From Candidatus Tanganyikabacteria bacterium (lineage in GTDB: Bacteria; Cyanobacteriota; Sericytochromatia; S15B-MN24; VGJW01): 64,000 bases of DNA. The stretch spans positions 458-64,457 of the forward strand of contig VGJW01000008.1 in NCBI GenBank assembly GCA_016867265.1, in the 5' to 3' direction. Made by a program: the position numbers and the translations under genes. The notes under the pieces are model-generated. The model was not told the origin of the DNA. It saw only the letters and a list, made by a program, of their open reading frames with translations, and did not search any database. Shown piece after piece: positions 61,607 through 64,000 of this stretch; within the stretch, counting starts at the first letter, position 1; each line of letters starts with the position of its first letter.

Positions 61607-62041
61607 ATGACGTTGCAAGCTTGGTCCCTCGTGCTGGTGACGACCCTGCTGTGGGGCTTGGTACCGCTATTCGACAAACTGGCGTTGACCCGGGCCGCCG
61701 ACAGCCCGCTTGCCGGCGTGGCCGTGCGTCTCGCCACCGCGGCCCTCATCGGCCTGCCCTTGTTGTTCGCCGCATCGGGCGGTACGGGTGCTTTCCGCAG
61801 GATTCCGCCGACGGCATGGGGTTGGTTTGCGGCCAGTGGCCTGGCCTCGCTGGTTATCGCCCAGATCGCCTGGTATGCCCTGCTCAAGGACGCTCAGGTC
61901 TCGAAGACCTTCCCATTCATGTTTGCGGCCGCTCCCGTGGTGACGCTCCTGCTCGGGGTGCTGGTCCTGCACGAGCCCCTGACGCTGCGCCAGGTGATCG
62001 GCGGGGTGCTGGTCGTGCTCGGGGGGGCGCTGCTGCTTTAG
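61607..62041 (+). CDS. EamA-like (DMT superfamily) small 4-TM transporter
   Basis: Four hydrophobic helices with EamA-type spacing (SLVLVTTLLWGLVPLF ... VIGGVLVVLGGALLL). Start ATG 61607 within ORF 61550..62041. Confidence 0.55.
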   Translation: MTLQAWSLVLVTTLLWGLVPLFDKLALTRAADSPLAGVAVRLATAALIGLPLLFAASGGTGAFRRIPPTAWGWFAASGLASLVIAQIAWYALLKDAQVSKTFPFMFAAAPVVTLLLGVLVLHEPLTLRQVIGGVLVVLGGALLL

Positions 62042-62085
62042 GAACAGGCGGCTGCGGCAGGCAGGCTACAATGCCGGCACACCGC

Positions 62086-62739
62086 ATGAAGATATCCGTG
62101 TCGCACGATAAGGAGTCCGGAAGGGTCAGGCGCTTCGCCCTCGCCGCCGTCCTCGCCGTCCCGGCTTCGGCCGTGGCGATGCCCCCTGCCGTGGCCTCGA
62201 CCATGGCCGTGCTGGACCTGCGGCAGGACCAGACCCTGGTGTCGGGTGGCCTGTATACCTTCGCGGTGGACCGCACCCTGGATGATCGCACCGCGCTGGG
62301 ACTCGCCGTGGCCCCCCTGCTGGGCGTGGCGGGCGTGCGCTGGACGCGACGCCTGGCAGGCGGGGCCGACGAACCCTCCTGGGGCTTCAGCCTGCACGTG
62401 GGCACCACCCCCCCGGACTTCACGGGCATCCCGAAGACCGAGGCCTATGGCTCAGTGCTCGCGCCGCAGACGGGCCTGGGCTACCTCACGGACACCTATG
62501 CAGGGTGGACAGCCGTGGTCCATCCCCAACTCGTGGGCTCCCTGCCCCTCGGCCCGCTGCGCCTGCGCCTCGCCGTCGGGCCCGCCGCCCTGCTGAGCAG
62601 CCTGTCCCATCAGGGAGGCCAGAAAGTTCGCGGCGACCTGCTGCTGGTCATCAACCCGGAAGTGGCCCTGCGCATCCTGCCGCAGGCCGAACTGACGCTG
62701 CTGGGCCAGGGCCTCGTCGGCTTGAGGGCCCTGCTGTGA
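62086..62739 (+). CDS. hypothetical secreted protein
   Basis: Signal peptide MKISVSHDKESGRVRRFALAAVLAVPASAVAMP. Beta-rich. Start could equally be ATG 62071. Confidence 0.45.
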   Translation: MKISVSHDKESGRVRRFALAAVLAVPASAVAMPPAVASTMAVLDLRQDQTLVSGGLYTFAVDRTLDDRTALGLAVAPLLGVAGVRWTRRLAGGADEPSWGFSLHVGTTPPDFTGIPKTEAYGSVLAPQTGLGYLTDTYAGWTAVVHPQLVGSLPLGPLRLRLAVGPAALLSSLSHQGGQKVRGDLLLVINPEVALRILPQAELTLLGQGLVGLRALL

Positions 62740-63095
62740 AACAGCCGCGCCTCGCCATGCCTTCCCGCTTCTTCCTGATGCTGGCGCTTGCGGGCTGCAT
62801 CAACATCCCCCTCGCCTCGCAGACCTGGGTCATTCGCCCCGACGAGGGCTGCGCGCCAGCCAGCGGCCCCGCACGCAGGCGCTTCCTGCCCGAGTGCCCC
62901 GAGCCCACGCCCAGCCCTCAGCCCCCCTCCGGACCGACAGCCACGCCTGCACCTGGCCCGGCCGATTCGCCCACGCCGTCTCCGACGCCGGAACCAAGCG
63001 CGTCGCCTGCGCCCTCGCCTACGCCCATCCCGACCGAGTCACCCACGCCCGTACCGCTGCTGCAGCCATCGGACCCGCCCCTGATCGAGGTCTGA
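62736..63095 (+). CDS. Pro-rich small lipoprotein
   Basis: GTG 62736 overlaps the upstream TGA (GTGA); ATG 62757 is an alternative start. Lipobox LMLALAGCIN. C-terminal PTPSPQPPSGPTATPAPGPADSPTPSPTPEPSASPAPSPTPIPTESPTPVP. Confidence 0.5.
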   Translation: MKQPRLAMPSRFFLMLALAGCINIPLASQTWVIRPDEGCAPASGPARRRFLPECPEPTPSPQPPSGPTATPAPGPADSPTPSPTPEPSASPAPSPTPIPTESPTPVPLLQPSDPPLIEV

Positions 63096-63304
63096 TCACG
63101 AGCGGTATCCGAGGGCCACCCTACGCCTCCGCCACCTCGAAGCCGACGACGTTGCGCACCTCGCGGCCGAAGATGATCCCGACGAGCGTCACGATACCTC
63201 GGGACCGCGGCAGAACCAGGCTGTAGTCCGCACATCCATTCCAGTGGCACAATCCTCAGGCAAGACTCTTTCCACCAAGACGCCCCGGGCCCACCATCCG
63301 GGAG

Positions 63305-64000
63305 ATGCAGGAGCTCCCCTTGGCGCAGCCTTTCCGCAGCCATCCTCTTTTCTCGGCCGCCACGCTCACCTTCGGTGCGTGGACCGGAAGCATCCTTGCG
63401 GGATGCGCGCCCGTCAGCCCGGGTTCCGCCATCCAGGCCACCGCCACGGCATCTCCTGTCCCCGGCCCGACGGGCACACCCGTGGCCACACCGACCGCGA
63501 CACCCGTTCCGACATCCACCCCCGGAACCACGCCACCGCGGATGGCGACGGCGAGAGAGCTGTTCTTCCCGACCTCGGCCAGCATGTCGGCCGTCTTCCG
63601 CGCAATCAACACAAGTGAGACCGTCGTGACGTCAGAAGCGTCGGGAAACAGCCGTTGCGTGAAGACCGAGGAGGCCACCTTCACCGTCGAAGGCTGGTCC
63701 GATGACCTCGCCGTCGTGCGTCATGCCACGACCCTCGTCGCGACGGCCAGCGAAACCTCGGGATTCGGGCAGTGCTATTTCTTCCCGGCGGGGCAACCGT
63801 CGACCGGGTCCCTCTCCGTCCTGAGCGACGGCTCTGTCCTCACGCCCGAAGGCACGTTCTCGGCCACCATCCTGACAGAGGCAGGTGCCGTCATTCACCG
63901 GGAACCGAATGGCACCACGATGACGGCGCGCCTGGACGGACAGGAGCGCCTGACTGTCCAGGCGGGAACCTTCAACACCCTGCGCCTGGTCCTGACCTTG
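63305..64000 (+). CDS. lipoprotein, 3'-truncated by window end
   Basis: ATG 63305 then MQELPLAQPFRSHPLFSAATLTFGAWTGSILAGCAPVS (lipobox), then PT-rich linker. The open frame continues to the window edge. RBS GGGAG is unusually close to the ATG, so the start is uncertain. Confidence 0.45.
   Translation, partial: MQELPLAQPFRSHPLFSAATLTFGAWTGSILAGCAPVSPGSAIQATATASPVPGPTGTPVATPTATPVPTSTPGTTPPRMATARELFFPTSASMSAVFRAINTSETVVTSEASGNSRCVKTEEATFTVEGWSDDLAVVRHATTLVATASETSGFGQCYFFPAGQPSTGSLSVLSDGSVLTPEGTFSATILTEAGAVIHREPNGTTMTARLDGQERLTVQAGTFNTLRLVLTL

Overview
This is a high-G+C bacterial chromosomal segment, about two-thirds G+C or more by eye and not computed, apparently from a diderm organism. Evidence for a diderm is many lipoproteins with L-A-G-C lipoboxes, an outer-membrane beta-barrel ending in Phe, and LolA-like lipoproteins. 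I call about 50 protein-coding genes. I find no rRNA, tRNA or CRISPR array.

Housekeeping anchors:
- sdhCAB, a Bacillus-type succinate dehydrogenase with a cytochrome-b anchor.
- A DEAD-box RNA helicase with a DbpA domain and an RG-rich tail.
- A plant/cyanobacterial-type long FabI.
- An EnvZ/OmpR-like two-component pair.
- An NfeD-SPFH pair.
- An M20 peptidase, an MBL hydrolase, two SDRs, a class-A beta-lactamase-like protein and a two-HKD PLD-like lipoprotein.

The remainder is dominated by accessory and cell-surface genes:
- A run of IPT/TIG, Big_2 and Kelch proteins.
- A vWD-domain coiled-coil protein.
- A collagen-like lipoprotein co-transcribed with a DUF4331-like protein.
- A cluster of paralogous lipoproteins with a CarbopepD_reg-like domain carrying 'LVANDxAALVGN' repeats, Pro/Thr linkers and WD40 propellers.

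Most notable observations:
1. A DsbA/FrnE-like thioredoxin-fold gene whose first CxxC cysteine codon is an in-frame TGA, followed 12 nt downstream by a 7-bp hairpin. It is a candidate selenoprotein (U-P-W-C) or a pseudogene.
2. A 1573-aa single-gene DUF4011 / SF1 Upf1-like helicase / Vsr-DUF559 nuclease protein that resembles the Hhe anti-phage family.
3. A MerR regulator - cytosolic VIT+vWA protein - D12-class (Dam-like) N6-adenine methyltransferase operon with no restriction partner. The MTase GTG start overlaps the vWA stop.
4. Two apparent frameshifts in surface or cell-wall genes. One is at a G8 homopolymer exactly between the lipoprotein signal peptide and the mature domain of a WD40 paralog, which is phase-variation-like. 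The other splits a LysM-SLT lytic transglycosylase.
5. A recurrent 'GTGA' stop/start overlap at five operon junctions.

Start codons are inferred from RBS-like motifs and are approximate. No database searches were run; family calls rest on recognisable motifs.
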